A stretch of DNA of 63,999 bases, the filler included, from an uncultured bacterium (GTDB taxonomy: Bacteria; CAZSTA01): assembly GCA_964609495.1 (NCBI GenBank). It is 6 parts of 6 records of this genome, joined end to end, with 100 filler letters (N's around TTAATTAATTAA, not from the genome) between each part and the next. Parts side by side here need not be neighbours in the genome. Positions count along the whole stretch, not along the records: positions 1 to 11,640 come from CAZSTA010000111.1; 5 more parts are not named here. One strand, written 5' to 3'. A program made the position numbers and the translations under genes. The notes under the pieces are model-generated. The model did not search any database, had not been told where the DNA came from, and saw nothing but the letters and a program-made list of their open reading frames with translations. Shown here piece by piece: positions 1-8,682 of this stretch. Numbering within the stretch: the stretch's first letter is position 1; every line of letters begins with the position of its first letter.

Positions 1-185
1 TCGATGGGAGGGGGATAGGGGGAGGGTGTAATACAAAGTAAATTAGATCTCAGATCCCAGATTTTATATGCTTCCCTTTCGCAGATCGCAGATTTTTGAA
101 AATTTAGCAATTCCTGCGGGTTCTTGCAGAGAGCATTGTCATCTCAAATGCTTATAGGGAGACCGGAATTATTAGGAGCAAAAAG

Positions 186-219
186 AAAAAGCACTTGTAA
201 CTATAAATAGGTTACAAGC
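186..219 (-). terminator. Probable intrinsic terminator of the tRNA operon
   Basis: CTTGTAAC/GTTACAAG hairpin followed on the minus strand by a T-run (A-run on +). Confidence 0.6.
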
Positions 220-243
220 ACTCGATATAAAATTTTATTTCGA

Positions 244-320
244 TGGTGGGCCGTGAAGGACTCGAACCTTCAACCGCCTGATTAAGAGTCAGATGCTCTG
301 CCAAATTGAGCTAACGGCCC
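244..320 (-). tRNA. tRNA-Lys(CTT)
   Basis: Reverse complement GGGCCGTTAGCTCA...CTGA-CT-CTT-AA-TCAG...GGTTCGAGTCC...ACCA; full cloverleaf with encoded CCA. Confidence 0.96.
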
Positions 321-388
321 AGACTGGAAGATGGAAAGATCTGCTAGCGATCTATCTTCCATCTTCAACTTTCCGATTTCAAAGATAT

Positions 389-465
389 TGGCACGCCCGG
401 AGGGACTTGAACCCCCAACAGGTGGATCCGAAGTCCACTGCTCTATCCAATTGAGCTACGGGCGC
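389..465 (-). tRNA. tRNA-Arg(TCG)
   Basis: GCGCCCGTAGCTCA...GTGGA-CT-TCG-GA-TCCAC...GGTTCAAGTCC...GCCA. Confidence 0.95.
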
Positions 466-470
466 ATGTA

Positions 471-548
471 TGGGGTGAGCGAGGGGACTTGAACCCCCAA
501 CAACTGGAGCCACAGTCCAGTGCTCTAACCGATTGAGCTACGCCCACC
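471..548 (-). tRNA. tRNA-His(GTG)
   Basis: Anticodon arm CTGGA-CT-GTG-GC-TCCAG; encoded G-1 and CCA end. Confidence 0.96.
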
Positions 549-558
549 ATTCGATAAC

Positions 559-634
<76 letters not shown>

Positions 635-644
635 CTAGTCCATA

Positions 645-720
645 TGGAGCGGGAGACGGGGGTCGAACCCGTAACACCCAGCTTGGAAGGCTGGTACTCT
701 GCCAATTGAGTTACTCCCGC
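645..720 (-). tRNA. tRNA-Gly(TCC)
   Basis: Anticodon arm CCAGC-CT-TCC-AA-GCTGG; CCA end. Confidence 0.96.
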
Positions 721-783
721 ATCTTGACCTACTCCCGATCCCCTGAGTGGAGATGGGCAGATGATACAACGAAACCATTATAT

Positions 784-812
784 AGTATAAGGTAAACACA
801 CGAAATTGTCAA
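784..812 (-). promoter_or_regulatory. Sigma70 promoter for tRNA Gly-Arg-His-Arg-Lys
   Basis: TTGACA-17bp-TATACT on the minus strand. Confidence 0.8.
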
Positions 813-863
813 GTATTTCTTAGCAAATCAATCCTCTAGTCTTCAAGCCATATTCTATAATTA

Positions 864-941
864 TGGTCGGGGTGCCCAGATTTGAACTGGGGACCTCCTG
901 CTCCCAAGGCAGGCGCGCTAACCAGGCTGCGCTACACCCCG
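864..941 (-). tRNA. tRNA-Pro(TGG)
   Basis: CGGGGTGTAGCGCAG...CCTGC-CT-TGG-GA-GCAGG...ACCA. Confidence 0.96.
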
Positions 942-954
942 TCTGCTCCTATAT

Positions 955-983
955 AGTATACAATAAAATCCTGAATTAGTCAA
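955..983 (-). promoter_or_regulatory. Sigma70 promoter for tRNA-Pro
   Basis: TTGACT-17bp-TATACT on the minus strand, 14 nt from the tRNA 5' end. Confidence 0.8.
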
Positions 984-1038
984 GACCTTCACTCCTGTTT
1001 TTCAAAATTTTTCGGGGGAGATAAGGAGGTGATAAAAC

Positions 1039-1064
1039 TGAAACTTTTCCTCTTCGAGAGCGTA
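1039..1064 (+). promoter_or_regulatory. ECF sigma (SigW-like) promoter
   Basis: TGAAAC-N16-CGTA, the Bacillus SigW consensus, 36 nt upstream of a membrane protein gene. Confidence 0.6.
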
Positions 1065-1100
1065 ATAGAGATAAAGCAATAACTGAAGAGGAAAAATAGG

Positions 1101-1961
1101 ATGAGATTCAAAACAACTCTTTACTTAACTCTATTATTTATATTCCAGTTGCTATTCCCCAATTCAGGGGAAGGAGGAGCAGAAGCTAAGCTCATTCGCT
1201 GGGGAGAGGATGTAGATCTTCTAAAGGATCAAATTGCTGAGGAGATAGTAATCATAGGTGGCGATGCGCTTATAGGCGGGGAGGTAAGGAAAAATGTGGT
1301 AGTTATCGGAGGTGATATTACTCTCAAATCCACCTCTGTAGTGGAGGGAGATGTGGTCGATGTGGGAGGAAGCATCGAGAGGGAGGAAGGAGCTCAGATC
1401 AAGGGAGAGGAGATCAGTTTGAGTGCCATTAGATTGGAGTTCCTCAAATCCTTATCCAAGATATCGATGGATATGAAGGGGTCATGGGGCTGGCTTCGTC
1501 TAATTTGGTTGTTAGGGGTGGCTATTATAACTGTTATCCTAATCCTTGCTCTACCTCGACCGGTGGAGGATACTTTACAAGCTTTAAGTCGCGATCCTCT
1601 AAGGGCGTTCTTAGTTGGATTGATCGCTTTTGTTGCCCTAATTCCCTTGACGATTCTGCTTCTGCTCTCTCTAATAGGAATACCCTTGATCCCTTTACTA
1701 TTCCTTGTTATCTTCGGGTTGAGTATCTTCGGTATAGCCAGTGTCAGCCTCCTGATCGGTAGAAGGATAAGGATAGCTTTTAATATCGAACGGTTATCCT
1801 CGGCTTGGGAGGTGCTAATAGGATTAGCTCTTATCTATTTTCTTCAGATAATACCCCTTATAGGATGGATAGTCTATTTTCTCATCAGCCTTCTGGGAGT
1901 AGGCGGAATCATAACTATTATTCTAGAGAGAAAAGGAGGGATTCAAAAGCAGGTTTTATGA
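1101..1961 (+). CDS. Membrane protein with N-terminal bactofilin-like beta-helix repeats and a multi-TM C-terminal domain
   Basis: Signal peptide, repeated V-V-I-G-G-D motifs, then about 5 TM helices. Confidence 0.75.
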   Translation: MRFKTTLYLTLLFIFQLLFPNSGEGGAEAKLIRWGEDVDLLKDQIAEEIVIIGGDALIGGEVRKNVVVIGGDITLKSTSVVEGDVVDVGGSIEREEGAQIKGEEISLSAIRLEFLKSLSKISMDMKGSWGWLRLIWLLGVAIITVILILALPRPVEDTLQALSRDPLRAFLVGLIAFVALIPLTILLLLSLIGIPLIPLLFLVIFGLSIFGIASVSLLIGRRIRIAFNIERLSSAWEVLIGLALIYFLQIIPLIGWIVYFLISLLGVGGIITIILERKGGIQKQVL

Positions 1962-2043
1962 TAACCTTGAGAGGTTAAATTCGGAATACTTTGTAAACCT
2001 TGTCAGGCTTTCTTGTAAAAAGCCCGATTTTTTTGTTTGAATA

Positions 2044-2073
2044 TTGACTCTTAAAGCTACCTTATGATATAAT
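2044..2073 (+). promoter_or_regulatory. Sigma70 promoter (extended -10) for the MCP gene
   Basis: TTGACT-18bp-TATAAT with TG at -15/-14. Confidence 0.65.
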
Positions 2074-2248
2074 ATAAGGCAGTATAAACAATATGGAAGT
2101 ATTTCTCAGTCGTAATTGAGACAGATGGGAAAATCATCGCTCTCAGACTATATTGGCTACTCCCTGATACTTTACTGGATGTCTTTACGCTTGGGGAAGG
2201 AGAGAGTGAAGTCGATTGAAGGGGATCTTACTTTAAGGAGGGAGCTAG

Positions 2249-4462
2249 GTGAGAATCGCCAGAAGGTTGATCTGGGCTGATTGTGTTATATTCTCGTTAT
2301 CGATGCCCATTGCAGTTTATTTCTATATCTTGAATTTCGAACTGACCCCAATTCAGCAGATCTTTGTCATTATCGCCGCGATAATAGGTAGTTTTATCTT
2401 AATAGCCATCGATTATCTCATTAATAGAGCCTTGAGCCTTCGCCCTCAAAGGATACTAGGTGCTTTATCTAGGGGAGAAGAGATAACCTCTGAAGAGAGT
2501 GCGATAGTTCATAGGTTTATCTTAAGCTATCCTCTAATTTTTTCTCTATTCGCTTTTCTCAGAACGGTGACTCTAGGGAATATAATTTATCTTCTGCTCA
2601 AGGTAGTCTTGGATATATCCCTAGAAGATATTGTTCCTGTTGAGGCAGGTTTTTTCATATTCGGAATTATGGTAGCCTTCCTCAACATTGTATTCTACAG
2701 CCTAAGGCTTCAACCTATTGCAGAAACTTTGGCTGGCTATGGGATGAAGTTAATTGGTGGAGAGAAAACACCTCGGTATATAGTCGGTAGTAGGTTTGTA
2801 TTAATATTATTATTCTTAGTATCAATGTTAGTTCCCATCTCTTTAAATGCTATAACTTCCAATTATCATATCGATCGGCTTTTGAGAAATAGACTTATCG
2901 AGAGGGCAGAAATTGCCAGAGAAGTATTAAGTGAGCTCGACGGAAGAGTAGAGATGGGGGAGATGTCTCTTGCTTCCGCTAAGGAGCTAGCCAAGATCAG
3001 ATTGGTCGGCCATTCCAAAGCTGAGGGGAGGGAGGTTTCTCTGGAGAATAGGGTTGGTGATACTGGTTTTTCCTTCATTATTGATATGCAAGGGAAATTG
3101 ATCGCTCATCCTACCAAAGAGGGAGAAATTATCGTGGGGAAACTTCTTCAGGAGATGCCTACTCTTAAGGATAATTGGTTAAAATATATTGATAGGGATA
3201 GAAACCCTCCCCGGAGACGATTGGTTGCTTATCGTTATTATCCCTCCTGGGACTGGATAGTCGCTTATGAAGGAGATATTCAAGAGATGAATGCAGAGAC
3301 ATCGGGCATTAAGCTGTCTTCGCTGCTCATGGTTCTCTTAGGAGTAGGATCGATGTCCGCGATAGCTTATGCCTATGCCTCGATATTATCCTTAAATATG
3401 ATCCGTTTAATTACAGTTGCTCAAAATATCTCGGAAGGAGATCTTAGAGTTGAGATCCCCTTAGCCTCTATGAATCAGAGGGAGATGCTAGTCCTTTATG
3501 AAGCGACGAGTAGGATCAGGGATAGTTTGAGTCGGATAGTCCGTCAGATCAATTCCTCCTCCAGCCAAGTGGCTGATACCGCGGATGAACTGTCGGGTAG
3601 TAGTCAGAAGATATCGGAGGAGGAAGAGGATATATCGGAATCCATCCAGCAGATAGCTTCTGGCGTTAGTCAGCAATTCACTGAGGCCGCAAAGGTGGCT
3701 TCCTTCTCCTCCGAGGTGGTTGAGGCCGCAAATCAAGTTTTGGGGAGCGCCGAGCATTCGGAACGGGTCGCTAATGACATAGCTGAAATTGCCTCTCAGG
3801 GGGAAAGTCTAGCCTCGGAAGCATTGATGCGTATTAATGCGATCTCAACAGCAAGTTCATCTACAGTCGAGGCAGTTGGGGAGTTAGATGAGAGATCGAG
3901 GATGATCGGGAAGATCGTGGAAGCGATATCGAATATCTCTAAACAAACGAATATGCTAGCGCTGAATGCCGCGATCGAGGCAGCTCGAGCAGGGGAAGCT
4001 GGACGGGGCTTCGCGGTTGTCGCTGAAGAGGTGGGAAATCTCTCCAAGCGAACGAGTAAAGCTCTGACTGAGATAAATGACTTGATCGAGGAGATTCAAG
4101 TGGCTATAGCTAGAACTGTAGGTGAGGCGGAAAGAGTTTCAGAGGAGGTCGCAATCAGTCAACAGGTGATCAACGAAGCTAGTAATTCTCTCCAAAATAT
4201 AGCTGAGCAGGTAGAAGGAGCGGTATCTGCTGGACATATCATCTCCACTGCCGCTAAATCTCAACAAGATGATATGGAGCAGTTATCTGCTTCCCTGAAG
4301 TCGATGGCCACATTAGCCGAGGCGAATGCCGCCGAATCTCAGGAAGCTTCAGCCTCCTTAGGGAGACAGACTAGCGCTCTCTTCGAGATGGCTTCCTCCG
4401 CTCAGAAACTCGCTGAGATGGCTGACGAATTGAGGAAGACTATAGAGAAGTTTAAGATTTGA
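2249..4462 (+). CDS. Methyl-accepting chemotaxis protein (multi-TM N-terminus, Cache, HAMP, signalling domain)
   Basis: QTNMLALNAAIEAARAGEAGRGFAVVAEEV hairpin tip; Cache-like FIID..GKLIAHP and WDWIV motifs. Confidence 0.93.
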   Translation: MRIARRLIWADCVIFSLSMPIAVYFYILNFELTPIQQIFVIIAAIIGSFILIAIDYLINRALSLRPQRILGALSRGEEITSEESAIVHRFILSYPLIFSLFAFLRTVTLGNIIYLLLKVVLDISLEDIVPVEAGFFIFGIMVAFLNIVFYSLRLQPIAETLAGYGMKLIGGEKTPRYIVGSRFVLILLFLVSMLVPISLNAITSNYHIDRLLRNRLIERAEIAREVLSELDGRVEMGEMSLASAKELAKIRLVGHSKAEGREVSLENRVGDTGFSFIIDMQGKLIAHPTKEGEIIVGKLLQEMPTLKDNWLKYIDRDRNPPRRRLVAYRYYPSWDWIVAYEGDIQEMNAETSGIKLSSLLMVLLGVGSMSAIAYAYASILSLNMIRLITVAQNISEGDLRVEIPLASMNQREMLVLYEATSRIRDSLSRIVRQINSSSSQVADTADELSGSSQKISEEEEDISESIQQIASGVSQQFTEAAKVASFSSEVVEAANQVLGSAEHSERVANDIAEIASQGESLASEALMRINAISTASSSTVEAVGELDERSRMIGKIVEAISNISKQTNMLALNAAIEAARAGEAGRGFAVVAEEVGNLSKRTSKALTEINDLIEEIQVAIARTVGEAERVSEEVAISQQVINEASNSLQNIAEQVEGAVSAGHIISTAAKSQQDDMEQLSASLKSMATLAEANAAESQEASASLGRQTSALFEMASSAQKLAEMADELRKTIEKFKI

Positions 4463-4601
4463 TATAGCCGTGAAAAATCAGAAAAATTTTTCTTAATCGA
4501 GAGGTGATTCAACACTTGGAAGAAAGAGGTGGGGGATAACCCTGTTTTGGCTGTTGGTGATTTGAATGTAAGGTAGTTGATCTAAAAAGGACAATAAATC
4601 A

Positions 4602-4630
4602 TTGACAACTCGCTATAATTCTGGTAGAAT
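4602..4630 (+). promoter_or_regulatory. Sigma70 promoter of the pur operon
   Basis: TTGACA-17bp-TAGAAT with extended TG. Confidence 0.8.
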
Positions 4631-4648
4631 ATATTCGGAAGATTCGCA

Positions 4649-4695
4649 TTCGTCTCGTATACTCTCATCGCCGAAAGATGTTGATTACGAGCGAA
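4649..4695 (+). ncRNA. Truncated purine-riboswitch-like element overlapping the ykkC aptamer
   Basis: CTCGTATA...CCGAAA...TGATTACGAG resembles P1, J1/2, L3 and J3/1 of purine aptamers; P2 and J2/3 are absent. Confidence 0.45.
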
Positions 4696-4842
4696 AGTGT
4701 GCCTAGGGTTCCGCCTATATTTATAGGGACAGGTCCGAGCGGCATTTGGTTATGAATTATGCTTACCTAAATCAATTTATTATGTGAGCATCGCTATGTA
4801 TTACACCGAAGGGATAAAAGCCCAGGCGGGTAAGTTTCGCTT
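4689..4842 (+). ncRNA. ykkC-family riboswitch, PRPP-sensing subtype (2b)
   Basis: GAAAGTGTGCCTAGGGTTCCG...GGTCCGAGCGGCA...TACACCGAAGGGATAAAAGCCCAGGCGGGTAAGTTTC; P0 pairing GAGCGAAA/TTTCGCTT; directly upstream of de novo purine genes. Confidence 0.88.
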
Positions 4843-4891
4843 ATGAGAAGCTCAACTCTACGCTGACTTACCTCCGAGGCTTTATTTTTTT
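4817..4891 (+). terminator. Riboswitch expression-platform terminator (ON switch)
   Basis: AAAGCCCAGGCGGGTAAGT pairs with ACTTACCTCCGAGGCTTT, followed by a T7 run; the stem uses the aptamer 3' end. Confidence 0.75.
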
Positions 4892-4928
4892 AGATGACTT
4901 TTTTAAGAAAAAGGGGAGAGGAAGATAG

Positions 4929-6227
4929 ATGAAAGTTCTCGTTATCGGTGGAGGAGGAAGAGAACACTGTTTAGTATGGAAAATCGGTCAAAGTTCTCGT
5001 GTCTCCAGCATCTATTGCGCTCCTGGAAATGCAGGCATATCTCAGATAGCTGAGTGCGTGGATATAAGGGCTTCCGATATAGAAGGGATCATCAAATTTG
5101 CAAAAGATAAATCTATCGACCTAACTTTAGTTGGTCCTGAAGTTCCTCTAGTCGAGGGGATAGTAGATCGCTTTCAAGGGGAAGGATTGAGGATCTTCGG
5201 TCCTTCCAAGAGGGCGGCGATGATAGAGGGAAGCAAGGTGTGGGCTAAGGAGCTTATGCGGAAATATGGGATTCCTACCGCTGATTATAGGATATTCTCC
5301 TCTCCCGAGGAAGCGAAGAAATATATTGAAGATAGAGATGATCCAGTAGTAGTGAAGGTTGATGGTTTAGCCGCTGGCAAAGGCGCCATCGTAGCTCACA
5401 ATAAGGATATCGCACTCGAAGCTATAGACCGAATTATGGTGGATAGAGCTTTTGGGAGAGCTGGAGATAGGGTAGTCGTTGAGGAGCTATTAAAGGGAGA
5501 GGAGGCTTCAGTCCTAGCTTTCACCGATGGTTCGAGTATACTCCCGATGATCGCCGCTCAAGATCACAAGCAAGTCTTCGCTGGCGATAGGGGACCTAAT
5601 ACTGGAGGGATGGGAGCTTATGCCCCTGCTCCGCTAGTTACGGAAGAATTGCATTATCAGATAGCTTGTGATATCCTCCTGCCGATCATTAAGGCCTTAG
5701 CTAGCGAAGGAGCGCCGTATAAAGGAGTTCTCTACACAGGCTTGATGATCAAGGATGGCAAAGCTAAAGTTCTGGAGTTCAACGCTCGCTTCGGAGACCC
5801 TGAGACTCAAGTTATCTTGCCGCTTCTGAATAATGATTTGATAGATATTATAGAGGCTATTGAGAAGGAGAGATTGGAGGAGATAAAGCTTGATTGGAAG
5901 GATAAGAAAGCGATCTGCGTAGTGCTAGCTTCAGGAGGATATCCGGGAGACTATGTTAAGGGCAAAGTTATAAATGGATTGGATAGATTCACAGATGAGG
6001 TGTTAATATTCCATGCGGGAACTGCCTTTAAAAATAGAGGAGGAGATTCTTCCCTCAGTAAGGGTGGAGATATAATAACTGCTGGAGGGCGAGTATTAGA
6101 TGTAGTCGCTCTGGGCGATAGTTATCAGAAAGCTATGGAGCGAGTTTATGAGAACGTGGCTAAGATCGACTTTGAGGATGTGTATTACCGCAAGGATATC
6201 GGAGCGAAAGCTCTTAGATATAGATGA
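4929..6227 (+). CDS. purD: Phosphoribosylamine-glycine ligase
   Basis: [23 protein letters not shown] and [10 protein letters not shown] motifs. Confidence 0.97.
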   Translation: MKVLVIGGGGREHCLVWKIGQSSRVSSIYCAPGNAGISQIAECVDIRASDIEGIIKFAKDKSIDLTLVGPEVPLVEGIVDRFQGEGLRIFGPSKRAAMIEGSKVWAKELMRKYGIPTADYRIFSSPEEAKKYIEDRDDPVVVKVDGLAAGKGAIVAHNKDIALEAIDRIMVDRAFGRAGDRVVVEELLKGEEASVLAFTDGSSILPMIAAQDHKQVFAGDRGPNTGGMGAYAPAPLVTEELHYQIACDILLPIIKALASEGAPYKGVLYTGLMIKDGKAKVLEFNARFGDPETQVILPLLNNDLIDIIEAIEKERLEEIKLDWKDKKAICVVLASGGYPGDYVKGKVINGLDRFTDEVLIFHAGTAFKNRGGDSSLSKGGDIITAGGRVLDVVALGDSYQKAMERVYENVAKIDFEDVYYRKDIGAKALRYR

Positions 6228-6238
6228 GGAGGAATGAG

Positions 6239-6742
6239 ATGTCCAAACCGCTGGTCAGCATCGTTATGGGAAGCGATTCCGATCTCGATATAATGCAGGA
6301 GGCCGCGAGTATCCTAGATGAGCTTCGGATAGGATATGAGTTGACGATAACTTCTGCACATCGCACTCCAGAGAGGACCTTCAAATATGCCTCTGCTGTT
6401 GAAGAGAGGGGGTTGGAGGTGATCATAGCTGGAGCTGGAGGGGCGGCTCATCTCCCTGGGGTTATCGCCGCTCTGACGACCATACCAGTGATCGGAGTTC
6501 CTATGCCCACCAAGGCTCTGAATGGAGTGGACTCCTTATACTCTATAGTTCAGATGCCCAGCGGAGTCCCAGTAGCCACTATGGCTATCGGCAGATCAGG
6601 AGCGAAAAATGCGGCTCTCTTAGCCGGGGCTATCTTAGGATTGAAGTATCCTGCGATCAAGGAGAAGTTGAAGAAGTATAGAGAGGATTTAAAGAACGAG
6701 GTAGAAAGAAAAGCGGATCTATTGAGTAGAAATTCACTATAG
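6239..6742 (+). CDS. purE: N5-CAIR mutase
   Basis: [22 protein letters not shown]; start moved to ATG 6239 after GAGGAGG. Confidence 0.96.
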   Translation: MSKPLVSIVMGSDSDLDIMQEAASILDELRIGYELTITSAHRTPERTFKYASAVEERGLEVIIAGAGGAAHLPGVIAALTTIPVIGVPMPTKALNGVDSLYSIVQMPSGVPVATMAIGRSGAKNAALLAGAILGLKYPAIKEKLKKYREDLKNEVERKADLLSRNSL

Positions 6743-6761
6743 ATAAACCGGGAGGTTAAAA

Positions 6762-7481
6762 TTGGATAAGGTTCAACTAGTTTATGAAGGGAAGGCTAAG
6801 ATCGTCTATTCGACTGAGGATCCTGATAAGTTGATAATAGAGTTTAAGGATGATGCTACCGCCTTCGATGGGGTTAAGAAGGCGAAGATAGCTAATAAGG
6901 GTTATTACAATGCGCAAATATCGGCGACTCTCTTTAAGTTCTTGGAGGATAGCGATATCCCGACTCACTTCATCAAGCTTATCAGCGACAGAGATATGTT
7001 GACGTGGAAGCTCAAGATATTGCTGGTGGAAGTAGTGATGAGAAACGTAGTCGCGGGGAGTCTATCCAAGAGATTGGGGTTGGAGGAAGGCACTGCTTTA
7101 AGCGAACCGATTCTGGAGTTCTATTATAAGAGCGATGAGTTGCATGATCCGATGATTAATGAATACCATATCAAAGCCCTCAATCTTGCTACACCTGAGA
7201 TGATGAAACAAGTCGCCGAATTAAGTTTTGCCATTAATGATAAGCTGAAAGATAGATTCGATCAAGCGGGCTTAAGATTGATAGATTTCAAACTGGAGTT
7301 TGGCGTCTTCAAAGATAAGGTTATCTTAGGAGATGAGATATCGCCCGATACCTGTCGCTTTTGGGATAAGGAAACGAACGAGAAGTTAGATAAAGATCGC
7401 TTCCGCCGAGATCTAGGGCGAATAGAGGAGGCTTACGAGGAAGTCTATAAGAGGGTTGTATTAGATGAGTACTCTCCGTGA
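6762..7481 (+). CDS. purC: SAICAR synthetase
   Basis: YEGKAK, DFKLEFG, DEISPDTCRFWD motifs. Confidence 0.97.
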   Translation: MDKVQLVYEGKAKIVYSTEDPDKLIIEFKDDATAFDGVKKAKIANKGYYNAQISATLFKFLEDSDIPTHFIKLISDRDMLTWKLKILLVEVVMRNVVAGSLSKRLGLEEGTALSEPILEFYYKSDELHDPMINEYHIKALNLATPEMMKQVAELSFAINDKLKDRFDQAGLRLIDFKLEFGVFKDKVILGDEISPDTCRFWDKETNEKLDKDRFRRDLGRIEEAYEEVYKRVVLDEYSP

Positions 7482-7537
7482 CTGAAAATCAGGAGCTTTC
7501 TTTTGATCACTTTGTGAACGAGGAAGGGAGAACATAT

Positions 7538-7786
7538 ATGTGGAAAGCTAAAGTGCATATAACGTTGAAGAAGAGCGTTTTGGATCCACAGGGTAAGACC
7601 ATCCAGCATGCTTTAACATCTTTGGGATATGATAAACTAAAAGAGGTGAGGATGGGTAAGTATGCAGAATTGATGCTTGATGCGGACTCCCAGGAGGAGG
7701 CTGAGAAACAGATCGAGGAGATGTGTGAGCGTCTGTTAGCTAATCCAGTTATCGAGGATTGGACGATTGAGGTGGAGTCTGCATAG
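7538..7786 (+). CDS. purS: FGAM synthase subunit PurS
   Basis: VLDPQG and LLANPVIE motifs; likely ATG 7538 after GGAAGGGAG. Confidence 0.94.
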   Translation: MWKAKVHITLKKSVLDPQGKTIQHALTSLGYDKLKEVRMGKYAELMLDADSQEEAEKQIEEMCERLLANPVIEDWTIEVESA

Positions 7787-7817
7787 ACCTTAATGTTTCA
7801 GGAGACAGGAGTGAACT

Positions 7818-8507
7818 ATGAAATTTGGAGTAGTTATATTCCCCGGTTCAAATTGCGATCGAGATGTTTATCACGTTATAAAGGATGTTCTCAAACAGCC
7901 CGTAGAATATATCTGGCATAAGGACGAGAAGTTAGATAGTTATGATTGTCTAGTTCTACCTGGTGGTTTTTCTTACGGAGATTATCTTCGGGCTGGAGCT
8001 ATCGCTAGATTCTCTCCAGTGATGAAGGCTGTGGAGAGATTCGCCAGGGAGGGGGGATTGGTCCTGGGGATATGCAATGGCTTTCAGATCTTGCTCGAGG
8101 CAGGACTTCTGCCTGGCGCTATGTTACAGAATAGAGATCTACACTTCATCTGTAAGTATGTTAATATAAGGGTGGAGAGCGTCAATTCTCCATTTTCTTG
8201 TGCTTGTTCCGAAGGGCAAGTATTGAGGATCCCTATCGCTCACCAAGAGGGGCAATATTATGCTGATGAGGAAACCCTTCAAGGATTGATAGATAACGAT
8301 CAGGTTATCTTCAGATATTGTGAGGCAGATGGCAGAGTGACTCTCAGGTCCAATCCTAACGGCGCCCTATATAATATCGCGGGTATCTGCAATCAAGAGA
8401 GAAACGTATTAGGAATTATGCCTCATCCAGAGCGATGTGCAGAAAAGTTATTAGGATCTAGTGATGGTTCGCTGATATTTGAATCTGTTTTCAGCTCTTC
8501 TCCTTAA
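7818..8507 (+). CDS. purQ: FGAM synthase glutaminase subunit
   Basis: [31 protein letters not shown]. Confidence 0.97.
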   Translation: MKFGVVIFPGSNCDRDVYHVIKDVLKQPVEYIWHKDEKLDSYDCLVLPGGFSYGDYLRAGAIARFSPVMKAVERFAREGGLVLGICNGFQILLEAGLLPGAMLQNRDLHFICKYVNIRVESVNSPFSCACSEGQVLRIPIAHQEGQYYADEETLQGLIDNDQVIFRYCEADGRVTLRSNPNGALYNIAGICNQERNVLGIMPHPERCAEKLLGSSDGSLIFESVFSSSP

Positions 8508-8550
8508 TAGCTTTTAAGTAATTTCAAAAAAGTTTCAAGGAGAATCGTTC

Positions 8551-8660
8551 GAATCACCCTCCCCTAAGCCCCTCCCATCAAGGGAGGGGAAATAAAGAGA
8601 GCAGGCTTATCTCAGTGTTCCCTCTCCCCTCGTGGGAGAGGGCTAGGGTGAGGGGGAATC
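8551..8660. repeat. REP/REPIN-like double-palindrome element
   Basis: Two inverted CCCTC(T)CCC..GGGAG(A)GGG hairpins; near-identical reverse-complement copy at 42334-42446. Confidence 0.85.
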
Positions 8661-8682
8661 ATATAAGAGGAGGATTCGAGAA

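Noticed and set aside
2080-2248. Possible c-di-GMP riboswitch in the MCP leader
   Set aside because: It can form an imperfect long hairpin, but I could not find class I or class II consensus motifs.
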